Program-made: the position numbers and the translations under genes
Source: a virus
Taxonomy: Duplodnaviria; Caudoviricetes
Length of the DNA stretch: 51,868 bases
Strand: one strand, 5' to 3'
IMG/VR virus record: IMGVR_UViG_3300044815_000174
Location: 1-51,868 of that record
Notes under the pieces: generated by a model
Database searches by the model: none
Seen by the model: only the letters and a program-made list of their open reading frames with translations
Told to the model about the DNA's origin: nothing
In this document: one piece after another, positions 34,160 to 43,073 of the stretch
Layout of the letters: the number at the start of each line of letters is the position of its first letter
How positions within the stretch are numbered: position 1 is the first letter of the stretch

Positions 34160-34396
34160 ATGGCCGAACTATCTACCCATCGCGGCGAGCGAATTGATGA
34201 GACCCACTACGCTGTTCAGTTATGGGACCACCAGCAGCTTACCCAGGCGACGCTCTTTTATCAATTCCGCCAAATTCCATCTTCGGTCAGGCGGGATTGC
34301 AAGTCGTTCGCATTTACCGGGCGTGTTTGGCGCGACGAAGAAAATTGCCGAATGGCAGAAGTGGCTATTGAGATGCGCCCAGATGATGAGGATTGA
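34160..34396 (+). CDS. Hypothetical protein
   Basis: MAELSTHRG...MRPDDED, ending just before the next ATG. Confidence 0.5.
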   Translation: MAELSTHRGERIDETHYAVQLWDHQQLTQATLFYQFRQIPSSVRRDCKSFAFTGRVWRDEENCRMAEVAIEMRPDDED

Positions 34397-34399
34397 AGG

Positions 34400-34888
34400 A
34401 TGAAGATCACAATGCCCTGCGGCAAATGTGCGGCAGCCGTCGAGATTGAGTGCCCGCCCGCCGGGGAAGCCTTCACGGTTCTTTGCCTGCCCTGCGTCGC
34501 TACGCTCCAGCAATCATCCCTCAAGGAGGAGATCGAACGCCTGCGCGCGGCGATCATCAAGCATCGCTCTCAAAAGGCCGACGACAGGTGCGTCGAGGAC
34601 GATGATGAGCTTTATGCCGCGCTCGGCGACGGTATCAAGTGTGACCGCAGAGTCGGCGATAAGTTCCAGATGTTGCGCAACTGCGCCCGCTTCATCGAGC
34701 AGCGCTGCACAGGCGGTGGATGGCTCTCCTATGCGGAACTGGAAACCCGGTGGAATGAAGCGTACGAGGAGATCAGCGCCGCTCATAAAGCCCTGGATGA
34801 ATTCGGCATTAAGCGCGCGTATCCATCAGAACGTGAGTTCCCGGTCGCGAACCGTATCAGGCTTCTCGCTCTAGGCAGACATGAGTAA
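34400..34888 (+). CDS. Hypothetical protein with an N-terminal zinc ribbon
   Basis: CGKC...CLPC. Confidence 0.65.
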   Translation: MKITMPCGKCAAAVEIECPPAGEAFTVLCLPCVATLQQSSLKEEIERLRAAIIKHRSQKADDRCVEDDDELYAALGDGIKCDRRVGDKFQMLRNCARFIEQRCTGGGWLSYAELETRWNEAYEEISAAHKALDEFGIKRAYPSEREFPVANRIRLLALGRHE

Positions 34889-35210
34889 ACGGCTTATTAA
34901 AATCTTTACGGCCCGCTCGACCTTTGGCGGGCGTTGTCGTGGCCATGGCTCGCGGGCCATGGTCCCGGCCCCTGTCAGGGACCGGCTCGGAGCCAAGCCT
35001 GGCGACACGCTCGTCTTCGAAGAAGGATGCGAGCGAAGCGTCATGCTGGCTTCACTGAGAGGGACTTATTTCGTCGTCAGAGTCGAGCGCGCTGAAGAGG
35101 CGAAGATTGATGTCGAGAGCGCGGTCACGGTAGAGAGCGGTGTAGTTGAGGACGATAGCTTGCCTGAGTCGTTCATCGAGAGTGTGAAACGAAAGCTAGA
35201 GGGGAAATAA
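34881..35210 (+). CDS. AbrB/MazE-like DNA-binding protein
   Basis: RAMVPAPVRDRLGAKPGDTLVF swapped-hairpin motif. Confidence 0.75.
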   Translation: MSKRLIKIFTARSTFGGRCRGHGSRAMVPAPVRDRLGAKPGDTLVFEEGCERSVMLASLRGTYFVVRVERAEEAKIDVESAVTVESGVVEDDSLPESFIESVKRKLEGK

Positions 35211-35228
35211 TCCACCGGTCCATTTCCT

Positions 35229-35972
35229 ATGTTGTGTCTGATAACGGCAGTTACGTCCGCCTTAATCATGCGTGAAAAATTGCAATCTCTTTCCGGCCTC
35301 CCGGCACGTTCGAACGTCTTCTCGCACATGACTGAAGCTGCCACTGAAAATTTTACTCTGCTTGAGACAGTCCGCCGCGAACGAGCGGCAGCACGCCTGC
35401 GCGATGAAGAGCGTACCGGCTCAAAGGTCCGCTACGGCTATTCATCAGGGCGTTGTCAGCCGCTGTCCATCACGACCGAGCAAGGCAGTATCTCCTTCGG
35501 CATCCTGTGCGGGGGACGCGCCCCGCGTAAGCGCTGCCAGGTCTGCAAGCAGAAATGGTCGCAGGCGCAGTGCGATTACCCGCTCCCGAACCCATGTAAG
35601 AAATGCAGCGGCAAGGGGCAGCTTGAATCCGAGAGTGATCAATTCAACTCAACGGATTATTACAACTGCGAGCATTGCGCCGGAACGGGGCGCGCGATGT
35701 GCAATCGCCATCTCTGCGCTGATTGTCGTGGCCACCTTGAGCCTGACGAGGATTACTGCCCCGAGCACCGGGTGAGCGCCGGATTGCCTCCGCTCATCAG
35801 GCGCGAGCCGTGCGCGTGGACGATGCAGCCGCCGCGCATTATCAACCGGAAATGTTTGCGCGAGAGTTGCGCCGTCGTCATTAACGCCGACGACCATGTG
35901 TTGTTCTTTCCGAGACGGAGCCGGGCGATGTGCAAACAGTGCGGCCGGGAATATGAAAGGGTCGCGCAGTAA
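35229..35972 (+). CDS. Multi-zinc-finger protein (start uncertain)
   Basis: Many CxxC motifs, including DnaJ-like CKKCSGKG and CEHCAGTG. Confidence 0.65.
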   Translation: MLCLITAVTSALIMREKLQSLSGLPARSNVFSHMTEAATENFTLLETVRRERAAARLRDEERTGSKVRYGYSSGRCQPLSITTEQGSISFGILCGGRAPRKRCQVCKQKWSQAQCDYPLPNPCKKCSGKGQLESESDQFNSTDYYNCEHCAGTGRAMCNRHLCADCRGHLEPDEDYCPEHRVSAGLPPLIRREPCAWTMQPPRIINRKCLRESCAVVINADDHVLFFPRRSRAMCKQCGREYERVAQ

Positions 35973-36037
35973 GGAGCCTCGATGCGCGAGAAACTCGAAG
36001 CTCAGTCCGGCGTGAGTGTGCGAATTGGAGAAAAGAA

Positions 36038-36310
36038 ATGATTGAAAAATGCAAATGGCATAAGAGCGAGAAACCGATTGAAGACGGAGAAACAGTAGGC
36101 TGCCCTAACTGCGGCACGATGCTCTCAACGAAGGATTGCGAGGGTTGTGGCAAAGAGTTTCTTGATTGGGAAGATAGAAGCTTCGACGACATCATCGCCG
36201 GCCCCTACGCGACGGCGAGCGGCGACCTGGCTTGTATGCGCTGCGGCCCGCGCGACGATGGGCGACGTGAAGAAGCCGAAGATCAAGAGGCTGTTTATTA
36301 CGGTTGGTAG
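36038..36310 (+). CDS. Zinc-ribbon protein
   Basis: CPNC, CEGC and CMRC. Confidence 0.65.
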   Translation: MIEKCKWHKSEKPIEDGETVGCPNCGTMLSTKDCEGCGKEFLDWEDRSFDDIIAGPYATASGDLACMRCGPRDDGRREEAEDQEAVYYGW

Positions 36311-36338
36311 AAGCAGTTGAAGGTAAAGAGGAAACTAA

Positions 36339-37319
36339 ATGACCAGACCCGCATCTCTCCTAATCGATGAACCACCCTTACAGGTGCTGCCGACGCTCGC
36401 CGAGCGCATTGGCCTTAATGAATCCATCGTGCTCCAGCAGGTTCACTACTGGCTGCGCAACTCCAAAAACGTGATCGACGGCCAGAAATGGACATTCGAC
36501 ACCTATGAGGACTGGCAGCAGAAAAACTTCAAATTCTGGAGCGTCAAGACCGTTCAACGCGCTTTCCTCTCCCTCGAAGAGCGTGGTCTTTTGATCTCCA
36601 TGCAGCCCGATAAGCGCGACCGCCGGAAGTGGTATACCATCGATTACGACCTCCTCGAAAAGTTGTCTTCAGACACACACACACCGGACGACCGCTTCGC
36701 TTCGGGCTCTCCGCCAACAGGACAAAATGACCTCTTGCAAGAGGACAACTTGTCATTATCAGACGGGACAACTTGTCCTCTTGCATCAGGACATGTTGAC
36801 CTCTTGGGAGATGACAACTTGTCCTCACCATCAGGTCAACATGTCCCGTTGTATAAAAACCCGGAGACTTCCTCTGAGAATCCCGGAGAACTCACACACA
36901 CCGCAGCGCGCTCTTCGCCCGGCGGCAACGGGAATAGAAACGGTCAACAGGCGTGTGTGTGTGAAACTCCGCATCGTTCCAAAATCTGCGACGAGGAGCG
37001 GATCCGCATTGCCAGCAACCTGCCGGGTGTTATTACCCCTGAATTTTACGCCATGACGCCTGACGCGCGCAGGGGCACCTTCGATGCCGTGTACCTCAAA
37101 CACCAGCGCCAACTCGCCAAGCCAGGGGCGACCAGCACGGTAGAGCGAGACACTTCCATCTGCCCTGACTGTCACGGCCATGGGTTCGTCTACCCCGGCG
37201 GCGATACGCCGGAGGGCCGGAAGCTGGGGACGAAAAAATGCCAGCATCCTCGCCTGGAATCATCGCCGAATGCCCTCCCCAACTCCACAAGCGAGGTGAC
37301 AGCTTCCAATGGCCGGTAG
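36339..37319 (+). CDS. Lytic replication initiator Rep2 (replisome-organiser-type winged HTH)
   Basis: LLIDEPPLQVLPTLAERIGLNESIVLQQVHYWL...FWSVKTVQRAFLSLEERGLL...KWYTIDY; intragenic iterons; lambda-O-like position. Confidence 0.88.
   Translation: MTRPASLLIDEPPLQVLPTLAERIGLNESIVLQQVHYWLRNSKNVIDGQKWTFDTYEDWQQKNFKFWSVKTVQRAFLSLEERGLLISMQPDKRDRRKWYTIDYDLLEKLSSDTHTPDDRFASGSPPTGQNDLLQEDNLSLSDGTTCPLASGHVDLLGDDNLSSPSGQHVPLYKNPETSSENPGELTHTAARSSPGGNGNRNGQQACVCETPHRSKICDEERIRIASNLPGVITPEFYAMTPDARRGTFDAVYLKHQRQLAKPGATSTVERDTSICPDCHGHGFVYPGGDTPEGRKLGTKKCQHPRLESSPNALPNSTSEVTASNGR
36720..36846. repeat. Lytic origin: six palindromic 13-bp iterons GG(A/T)CA-N3-TG(A/T)CC at 22-23 bp period
   Basis: Copies at 36720, 36743, 36766, 36789, 36812 and 36834. 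Confidence 0.88.
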
Positions 37320-37593
37320 AAAAAGACAGGGACTTGTCGCCTCCGGCCTCTGCCGCACCTGTGGAAAGGCGCGCGGGGCCGATGGCACGACGATCTACTG
37401 CCGCCCATGCGCCAACGAGCGTAGCGCAGCCCAGGCCGCGCGCAATGCTGCCAGGAAAGAAGACCACAGGCTGAGAGGGCTGTGCCTCACCTGCCCCACT
37501 CGCCTGACCTCGCGCAATGATCCGCTCTGCCCTGCCTGCCGGAGAAGAAAACGCCGTCGAGACCTCCGTTACGATGCAAAATCAAGCCCTTGA
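37309..37593 (+). CDS. Tandem zinc-finger protein, candidate late-gene activator
   Basis: Two GLC..C-X-C..C units with basic helices; last early gene, ending at late promoter 1. Confidence 0.65.
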   Translation: MAGRKRQGLVASGLCRTCGKARGADGTTIYCRPCANERSAAQAARNAARKEDHRLRGLCLTCPTRLTSRNDPLCPACRRRKRRRDLRYDAKSSP

Positions 37594-37653
37594 ATTTCCG
37601 ACGTTGCGCCCGACGTTGCGCCCGCTTCCCGCTTCCCGCTCTCCCGCATAATG
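37592..37653 (+). promoter_or_regulatory. Late promoter 1 (lysis/terminase operon)
   Basis: ATTT, (CCGACGTTGCGC)x2 at 37598-37621, 25 bp, CATAAT at 37647. Confidence 0.8.
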
Positions 37654-37685
37654 AGAACACGCCGAACTTGGCTTACCTGCTAATT

Positions 37686-38459
37686 ATGAACCTATCGCTT
37701 CAACAACTCTCCGACATCATGCCGCTCCTGCGTGCCGAGGACGCGGAGCGGTACCTGCCATTCATCAATCAAGCCTGTGAAGAATTCCAGATCAACACGG
37801 TCGCGCGCGTCACGGCGTTCATCGCGCAACTTGCACATGAATCGGGTGAACTCCACTACTTCGAGGAAATCTGGGGACCGACGCAGACGCAGAAAGGTTA
37901 TGAGCACCGTACCCATGATCTCGGCAACACACAGCCGGGTGATGGCCGTCGTTACAAAGGGCGTGGGCCGATTCAATTAACCGGGCGTGCCAACTATGCG
38001 CGGGTCGGCGATGCTCTCAAGTTGCCGCTTGTGGCACAGCCCGAACTCGCTGCCGTCCCGGCCAACGGCTTCCGTATCGCCGGCCACTTCTGGAAAGAAA
38101 AGGGCTTGAATGCGCTCGCCGACGCGGGGGACTTCAAGACCATTACCAGGCGAATTAATGGCGGATTAAACGGCTATGAAGATCGCTGCAAATACTTCGA
38201 GCGCGCGAAAAAAGCATTTGCTCCGAAGCCTTTGCGTCCCGTGCTCAGGCAGGGCGCCGCCGGGCCTGACGTAAAAGATTTGCAGAATGCGCTGGTGCAG
38301 CTTGGCTATTTACCGCCGAGCGCAGTAAGCGCCAGATTTGGCTCCGATACGGTTTTCGCCGTGCAGGCATTTCAGAAGGCCGCGCACCTCACGGCAGATG
38401 CGATTGTTGGACCGGCGACATGGACGGCGCTCAATAACGCTATCGCGAAAAGGGGATGA
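37686..38459 (+). CDS. Endolysin: GH19 domain plus peptidoglycan-binding domain
   Basis: AFIAQLAHESG, YKGRGPIQLTGRANY, TRRINGG; C-terminal LRQGAAGPDVKDLQNAL...AFQK...DAIVGPATW. Confidence 0.93.
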   Translation: MNLSLQQLSDIMPLLRAEDAERYLPFINQACEEFQINTVARVTAFIAQLAHESGELHYFEEIWGPTQTQKGYEHRTHDLGNTQPGDGRRYKGRGPIQLTGRANYARVGDALKLPLVAQPELAAVPANGFRIAGHFWKEKGLNALADAGDFKTITRRINGGLNGYEDRCKYFERAKKAFAPKPLRPVLRQGAAGPDVKDLQNALVQLGYLPPSAVSARFGSDTVFAVQAFQKAAHLTADAIVGPATWTALNNAIAKRG

Positions 38460-38692
38460 TTATGGAGTCTTCGTCAGGGGCTATCAAAGATAAGTTCTTA
38501 GCGGGTGTCGGCGTGGCCCTCCTGCTTGCCTGTTACATGGTTCTGGCCTTCTACGGTCTTGATACGAAGTTTATTGAAGGCGGGACGCTGATCATGATTG
38601 GCGTCTTCGCCGGGCTGTTGAAGCAGTCGCCATCGCCACAGCAGAACATCAACGCTGATACGCACGAAATGAATATCAGCAGCAAACCTTAA
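38456..38692 (+). CDS. Holin candidate
   Basis: 78 aa with two TM helices; overlaps the endolysin stop; M-I-M dual-start-like N-terminus. Confidence 0.65.
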   Translation: MIMESSSGAIKDKFLAGVGVALLLACYMVLAFYGLDTKFIEGGTLIMIGVFAGLLKQSPSPQQNINADTHEMNISSKP

Positions 38693-38713
38693 CCCATCAC
38701 CATCAGAGGGATT

Positions 38714-39391
38714 ATGAAAATTCGATTCAATCAAATCATCGCAACCATCACGATGCAGGCGCTCTGCATCGCCCTGCTGGCCGCCTGCGGTGCCAGCGAA
38801 GTGCAGCGCATCGTGTCCAAAGCCGATTACGTTGCACAGACCGTGCAGTCACTCGACCCTGCCGGACAACTCCTCGCTGAACGTCTGATCACGATAGATG
38901 AGGCCGAGTTCGCCCGCGAGAAGATGAGCGGCTTTATGAATGTCTTCACTCCCTTTGACACTGAGCTGACCGCCATTGTCAAAGCCAATCCGAACGCGAA
39001 TCTCGCATCAATCGCGCCCGCTTTCGCAAATGTGCTGATCCGCTTCAACGAGTTCGCGACCGTAAAATTCAAAGACCCGAAAGCTCAACTTCGATATGAG
39101 CAAATTCTTGGAGCCGCCCGGATCGGCATGACCTTCATCGCCGCCTTCTTCGCCTCGAAGCTCGCACAGGCTGAAAAATTCTTGAAGCGGCAGATGCCTT
39201 CATTTATGGAGCGTGCCCAGGCCAGACTCGCAGGCGTGCCTTACGACAAAGCGCGTCTTAGTCATGCCAGGGAGATTAGCCGTGCCGGTGGCAATGACGC
39301 GGGCGCGCGTGCCGTCTGTGATTACTTCCAGATTCAATACGACGAGCGAGGGCTGGTTTTGCTCCGCGCTTACGGCGCACAGGGCGCTTAA
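38714..39391 (+). CDS. Lipoprotein in the lysis cassette (spanin-like candidate)
   Basis: Lipobox LAAC-G; helical; internal hydrophobic segment IGMTFIAAFFA. Confidence 0.6.
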   Translation: MKIRFNQIIATITMQALCIALLAACGASEVQRIVSKADYVAQTVQSLDPAGQLLAERLITIDEAEFAREKMSGFMNVFTPFDTELTAIVKANPNANLASIAPAFANVLIRFNEFATVKFKDPKAQLRYEQILGAARIGMTFIAAFFASKLAQAEKFLKRQMPSFMERAQARLAGVPYDKARLSHAREISRAGGNDAGARAVCDYFQIQYDERGLVLLRAYGAQGA

Positions 39392-39421
39392 TTCTTCCGC
39401 TGCTCTGACAGGATATCTCTT

Positions 39422-39853
39422 ATGGCTTTGATTCCAGACTTAACCGCCATCGGCGAGACTCTCACGAAGATCGCCCTCATCTTCACCTTCATCGGTGCTG
39501 CCGCCTATGGCCTGTACAAAGGAGTCAAGACTGCCAAAGAGCGTGGCGCCAAAGATGAGCGTGAACGTCAGGCATTCATCACCAGTGAAGTCGAGCGCCA
39601 GGTCACAGCACACGCCAAGTCCTATGAAGAACGCATCGCCATTCTCAAGGAAGCGCTGGCCGCCGTGCAGATCGTCGCCGACTTCACCGGCAAACGCCTC
39701 GCTTATCAGGAAGAGGAACTCCGAGAGCATAAAAATGAGATCGGCGAATTGCGCTCGGAGATCAAGCGCCTGAGCGGCGAACACGCTGCCGCAGTCAGCC
39801 GCGCCTTCGAGTTACAGGGGCAGTTGGATTCGATTAAGAAGGAGCGTGCATGA
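39422..39853 (+). CDS. TM plus coiled-coil protein (i-spanin-like candidate)
   Basis: Single N-terminal TM helix followed by a long coiled coil. Confidence 0.55.
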   Translation: MALIPDLTAIGETLTKIALIFTFIGAAAYGLYKGVKTAKERGAKDERERQAFITSEVERQVTAHAKSYEERIAILKEALAAVQIVADFTGKRLAYQEEELREHKNEIGELRSEIKRLSGEHAAAVSRAFELQGQLDSIKKERA

Positions 39854-40254
39854 GCAAGGCACGAGTCCTGGTTGCGGATGACGACGAAAGCATTCGCGAA
39901 TTGCTCTGCCTGCGGCTCGCTCGTGAGGGCTATGAGGTCGTTGGCGTGCGCGACGGCATTGCGGTGCTGAGAGCGGTGCAGGAGGCGCGCGCGGCTAAAC
40001 CCTTCCAGTTCGCGATTCTGGATTGCGCGATGCCCTTGATGGACGGCCCGACCTGCGCGGAGACCATCAGGAAACTCGAAGCCCTCAAGCCCCAGTATTG
40101 CAAGCTGCGGATCGCTTTCTTCTCCGCCTATATCGACGGCATAGATTGCGAGGAACTCAAACAAAGAGGCGACGCGGATTTATGTCTGGAAAAAGGCTCC
40201 GGTACGACTGACTCAATCGACAGGCTCTTGAATTGGCTCGACGGCAGAGGCTAG
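39850..40254 (+). CDS. Single-domain response regulator (CheY/Spo0F-like receiver)
   Basis: VLVADDD, ILDCAMPLMDG (phospho-acceptor Asp), FSA, and LEK (conserved Lys). Confidence 0.92.
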   Translation: MSKARVLVADDDESIRELLCLRLAREGYEVVGVRDGIAVLRAVQEARAAKPFQFAILDCAMPLMDGPTCAETIRKLEALKPQYCKLRIAFFSAYIDGIDCEELKQRGDADLCLEKGSGTTDSIDRLLNWLDGRG

Positions 40255-40269
40255 AACTTTTCACACACA

Positions 40270-40291
40270 CACCTAAAACGGTTTTATGTGG
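40270..40291. repeat. Dispersed palindrome, copy 8
   Basis: CACCTAA-AACGGTT-TTATGTGG. Confidence 0.8.
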
Positions 40292-40311
40292 AGATCATCG
40301 GCGGTAAGTAA

Positions 40312-40899
40312 ATGAGTGAGAAAGAATCAAAAGAACCCAAGGCGCTCACAGGCAAGCAGAAAATCTTCGTCGAAGCCTACATCGGCGAAGCGAGATTCAA
40401 TGCCACCGAAGCCGCTCGCATCGCCGGACTCAGGCACCCCAACAAGCAAGGCCCGCGCGAGTTGGTAAAAGTTGGTATTAAGCAGGCGATTGCTGCCCGA
40501 CTCGATGAAGCGGCCATGTCGGCCAATGAGGTGTTGTTCAGGCTGACTGAGATCGCCAGAGGCGACGCTGATGACTTTCTCGATGAGCAGGGCAGGTTCG
40601 ATCTGCAAAGAATCCGAGAGCGCAAAAAGACGGGGTTGATCAAGAAGATCAAACAGAAGAATACCTCGAAAAAGGTGGATAAATACGAGACCGAAGGCGA
40701 TGAGCCGGAAACCATTGAAACTTCACTCGTCTACCAGGAAATTGAGTTTGAACTGTACAGCGCGCCCGAGGCTTTAGCTCTCCTCGGCAAGCATCACAAG
40801 CTCTTTACCGAGAAGCACGAACATAGCTTTGATTTGAGCAACCTGTCGGATGAAGAATTGATAAAGCTTGCAGAACTTCGCGCAAAACTCAATACCTAG
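40312..40899 (+). CDS. terS: Terminase small subunit
   Basis: LTGKQKIFVEAYI...NATEAARIAG and ALALLGKHHKLFTEK. Confidence 0.92.
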   Translation: MSEKESKEPKALTGKQKIFVEAYIGEARFNATEAARIAGLRHPNKQGPRELVKVGIKQAIAARLDEAAMSANEVLFRLTEIARGDADDFLDEQGRFDLQRIRERKKTGLIKKIKQKNTSKKVDKYETEGDEPETIETSLVYQEIEFELYSAPEALALLGKHHKLFTEKHEHSFDLSNLSDEELIKLAELRAKLNT

Positions 40900-42295
40900 C
40901 CTCTCTGCAATCAATGCTGAGTTGGCGCGCCGCGGGCTTATTCAGTTCGGCGGGACGCCCACCTTTCGCGGCGCCAACCTCGCGATCCAGTCCTGCCGTC
41001 TCCTGGAATTCATGCTCGCCGGTCCTGCCGAAACCGGTAAAACATGGGCCACGCTCTGGCTGCTTGATTCCCTCTTGCGCGAAACCCCCAAAGCCAACGC
41101 CGGACTGCTGCGTAAAGTCGCCGCGGACATCGGCCCCACGGTGCTTGTCACATACCGTCGCATCATTGAGCAAAGCCGTAGCGGGGCAGTTCCCTTCGGC
41201 GGTGAAAAGCCTGAATGGTACCAGTACCCAAACGGCGCGCGTCTCTACATCGGCGGCATGGACCGACCGGGCAAGGTGCTTTCCGGCGAGCGCGATTTTG
41301 TTTACATCAATCAGGCCGAAGAACTAGCGCTCGATGACTGGGAGTTTCTTTCGACGCGCGTGACGGGCCGAGGCGCTGTAACGGAGACGCCAATACTCTT
41401 TGGCGATTGCAACCCCGGCCCCGAGGATCACTGGATTCTGAAACGCGAGTTGCTCAAAGTCTTTCACTCGAAGCATGTTGATAACCCAACGCTGTATGAC
41501 GAAGACGGAAACCTGACAGCGCAGGGCGTGAAGACCATGACGAAACTCAACGCCCTGACCGGCGTGCGCCGCTCGAGGTTGCGCGACGGCAAGTGGGTTG
41601 GTGCAGAAGGCTTGTTCTTTGAAGAGTGGGATGATGAATTGCACATCTGCGAGCCGTTTAAGATACCCGGTGATTGGCCGGTGTGGGGGGCGTTCGATTA
41701 CGGCTTCTCGCATCCGACGGCGTTTGGATTTTTGACTGAAAGCAACGACGGCAAAATCTTTCTCGTCGGCGAGCATGTCCGGCAGGGCTGGCTGCCGCCC
41801 GCGCACTGCAAGGCCATCAGGCGACTGGCAGAGCGCTGCGGTATTTCGATGCACCGCGTTAAGAGAATCGTCGCGGGGCATGATTGCTTCGCCAACAAAG
41901 GCGATGCCAAGGCCAAAACCATCGCGCAGCAGTACGCTGAAGCACGCGACCCTGAGACCGATGAGCCGATTGGCTTGAAGTTCGAGAAAGCAACGCTGGA
42001 CCGCGTGACCGGCGCGCAGGAATTGCTCACACGCCTGGGCAACGCCGAAGTCGGAATCAAACCCCGCCTCAAAATCTTCTCGACGTGCACACGCACGATC
42101 AGGACGATGACACGGGTGGTCAAAGACCCTGACGATGCGGAAGATGTGTTGAAAGTCAATGCCGACGTCAACGGGGACGGTGGCGATGATGAGTATGACA
42201 TGCTCAGGTACGGCGTGATGGTTAAGCACCGCCCGCCGCCAACGCCACCGGCTGCCGCAGGTGCGCGCAAGGCTGCCAATATCAGAATGCTTTAA
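40868..42295 (+). CDS. terL: Terminase large subunit
   Basis: Walker A GPAETGKT, Walker B-like FVYINQAEE, coupling motif DCNP, nuclease motifs AFDYGFSHP and DDEYDMLRY. Confidence 0.93.
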   Translation: MQNFAQNSIPSLSAINAELARRGLIQFGGTPTFRGANLAIQSCRLLEFMLAGPAETGKTWATLWLLDSLLRETPKANAGLLRKVAADIGPTVLVTYRRIIEQSRSGAVPFGGEKPEWYQYPNGARLYIGGMDRPGKVLSGERDFVYINQAEELALDDWEFLSTRVTGRGAVTETPILFGDCNPGPEDHWILKRELLKVFHSKHVDNPTLYDEDGNLTAQGVKTMTKLNALTGVRRSRLRDGKWVGAEGLFFEEWDDELHICEPFKIPGDWPVWGAFDYGFSHPTAFGFLTESNDGKIFLVGEHVRQGWLPPAHCKAIRRLAERCGISMHRVKRIVAGHDCFANKGDAKAKTIAQQYAEARDPETDEPIGLKFEKATLDRVTGAQELLTRLGNAEVGIKPRLKIFSTCTRTIRTMTRVVKDPDDAEDVLKVNADVNGDGGDDEYDMLRYGVMVKHRPPPTPPAAAGARKAANIRML

Positions 42296-42313
42296 TCGAG
42301 CGAAGGAGAAAAG

Positions 42314-42889
42314 ATGTCGAAACCTACTTATAAAGAAGCCATTAATACCCCAGGTGTGGAGCGTGCTGTGGCCGCGTCGCTTTTGAGCGGCAAGGATAAG
42401 GATGGCAATGATTTCAAGTTGCCCGTCGAGATGGTTGAGGGCGGCGGCGTGACGCAGGTGGAAGGCTTCCCTGAAAACGAAGAAGTCGTTGCACTCACCA
42501 GTGCAACTGATACAACGGGCGGGCGCACGTCCGCGGACATTGTGAATAAGTACGGGCGAGGCATTGCGCTACTGGTTGAAGTTACAGCAGGGAACGGTGG
42601 GGACGATGTTGGCGACGGCGATTTCGCATTGCAAGCTGAATTTGGGATAGAGGCCAAGAACGGGTCAGGCTACTCTAATTTTGCCTATGCTATCAGACCA
42701 ATCACAACAACGGGCGAGTATCCCCAAAGATTCCTCTTTTTCTTTCATCCCGAACTTTCTGCTTCGCCTTATGCCGATGGCGTTGAGCAGACGCCGGTGC
42801 TGAGAACCTATCGCGTGAAAACTTCTTGTGCGACGGACGGGGCAGGCAACAACCTGACCTACTCTATTCGCGTTGTTCATCTTCTCTAA
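42314..42889 (+). CDS. Hypothetical beta-rich protein, possibly virion-associated
   Basis: AAGGAG ribosome-binding site; between terL and the portal promoter. Confidence 0.65.
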   Translation: MSKPTYKEAINTPGVERAVAASLLSGKDKDGNDFKLPVEMVEGGGVTQVEGFPENEEVVALTSATDTTGGRTSADIVNKYGRGIALLVEVTAGNGGDDVGDGDFALQAEFGIEAKNGSGYSNFAYAIRPITTTGEYPQRFLFFFHPELSASPYADGVEQTPVLRTYRVKTSCATDGAGNNLTYSIRVVHLL

Positions 42890-42998
42890 GGGCGCGAGTA
42901 TCCGTTTAGTTGATAGGCTTGCGAGTTTGAGACGCGGCGGATTGTAAGGCGAAATTCAGAGTAGAGGCAGGAAAAATCCATTCTCATTTGAAACACGT

Positions 42999-43020
42999 CC
43001 ACCTAAAATGTTTTAGGTCG
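42999..43020. repeat. Dispersed palindrome, copy 9
   Basis: CCACCTAA-AATGTT-TTAGGTCG. Confidence 0.85.
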
Positions 43021-43073
43021 GCTTGCTTCTGTTTACACCCTTCCCCTCCTTCATCCCACTATTTTAACCACCT

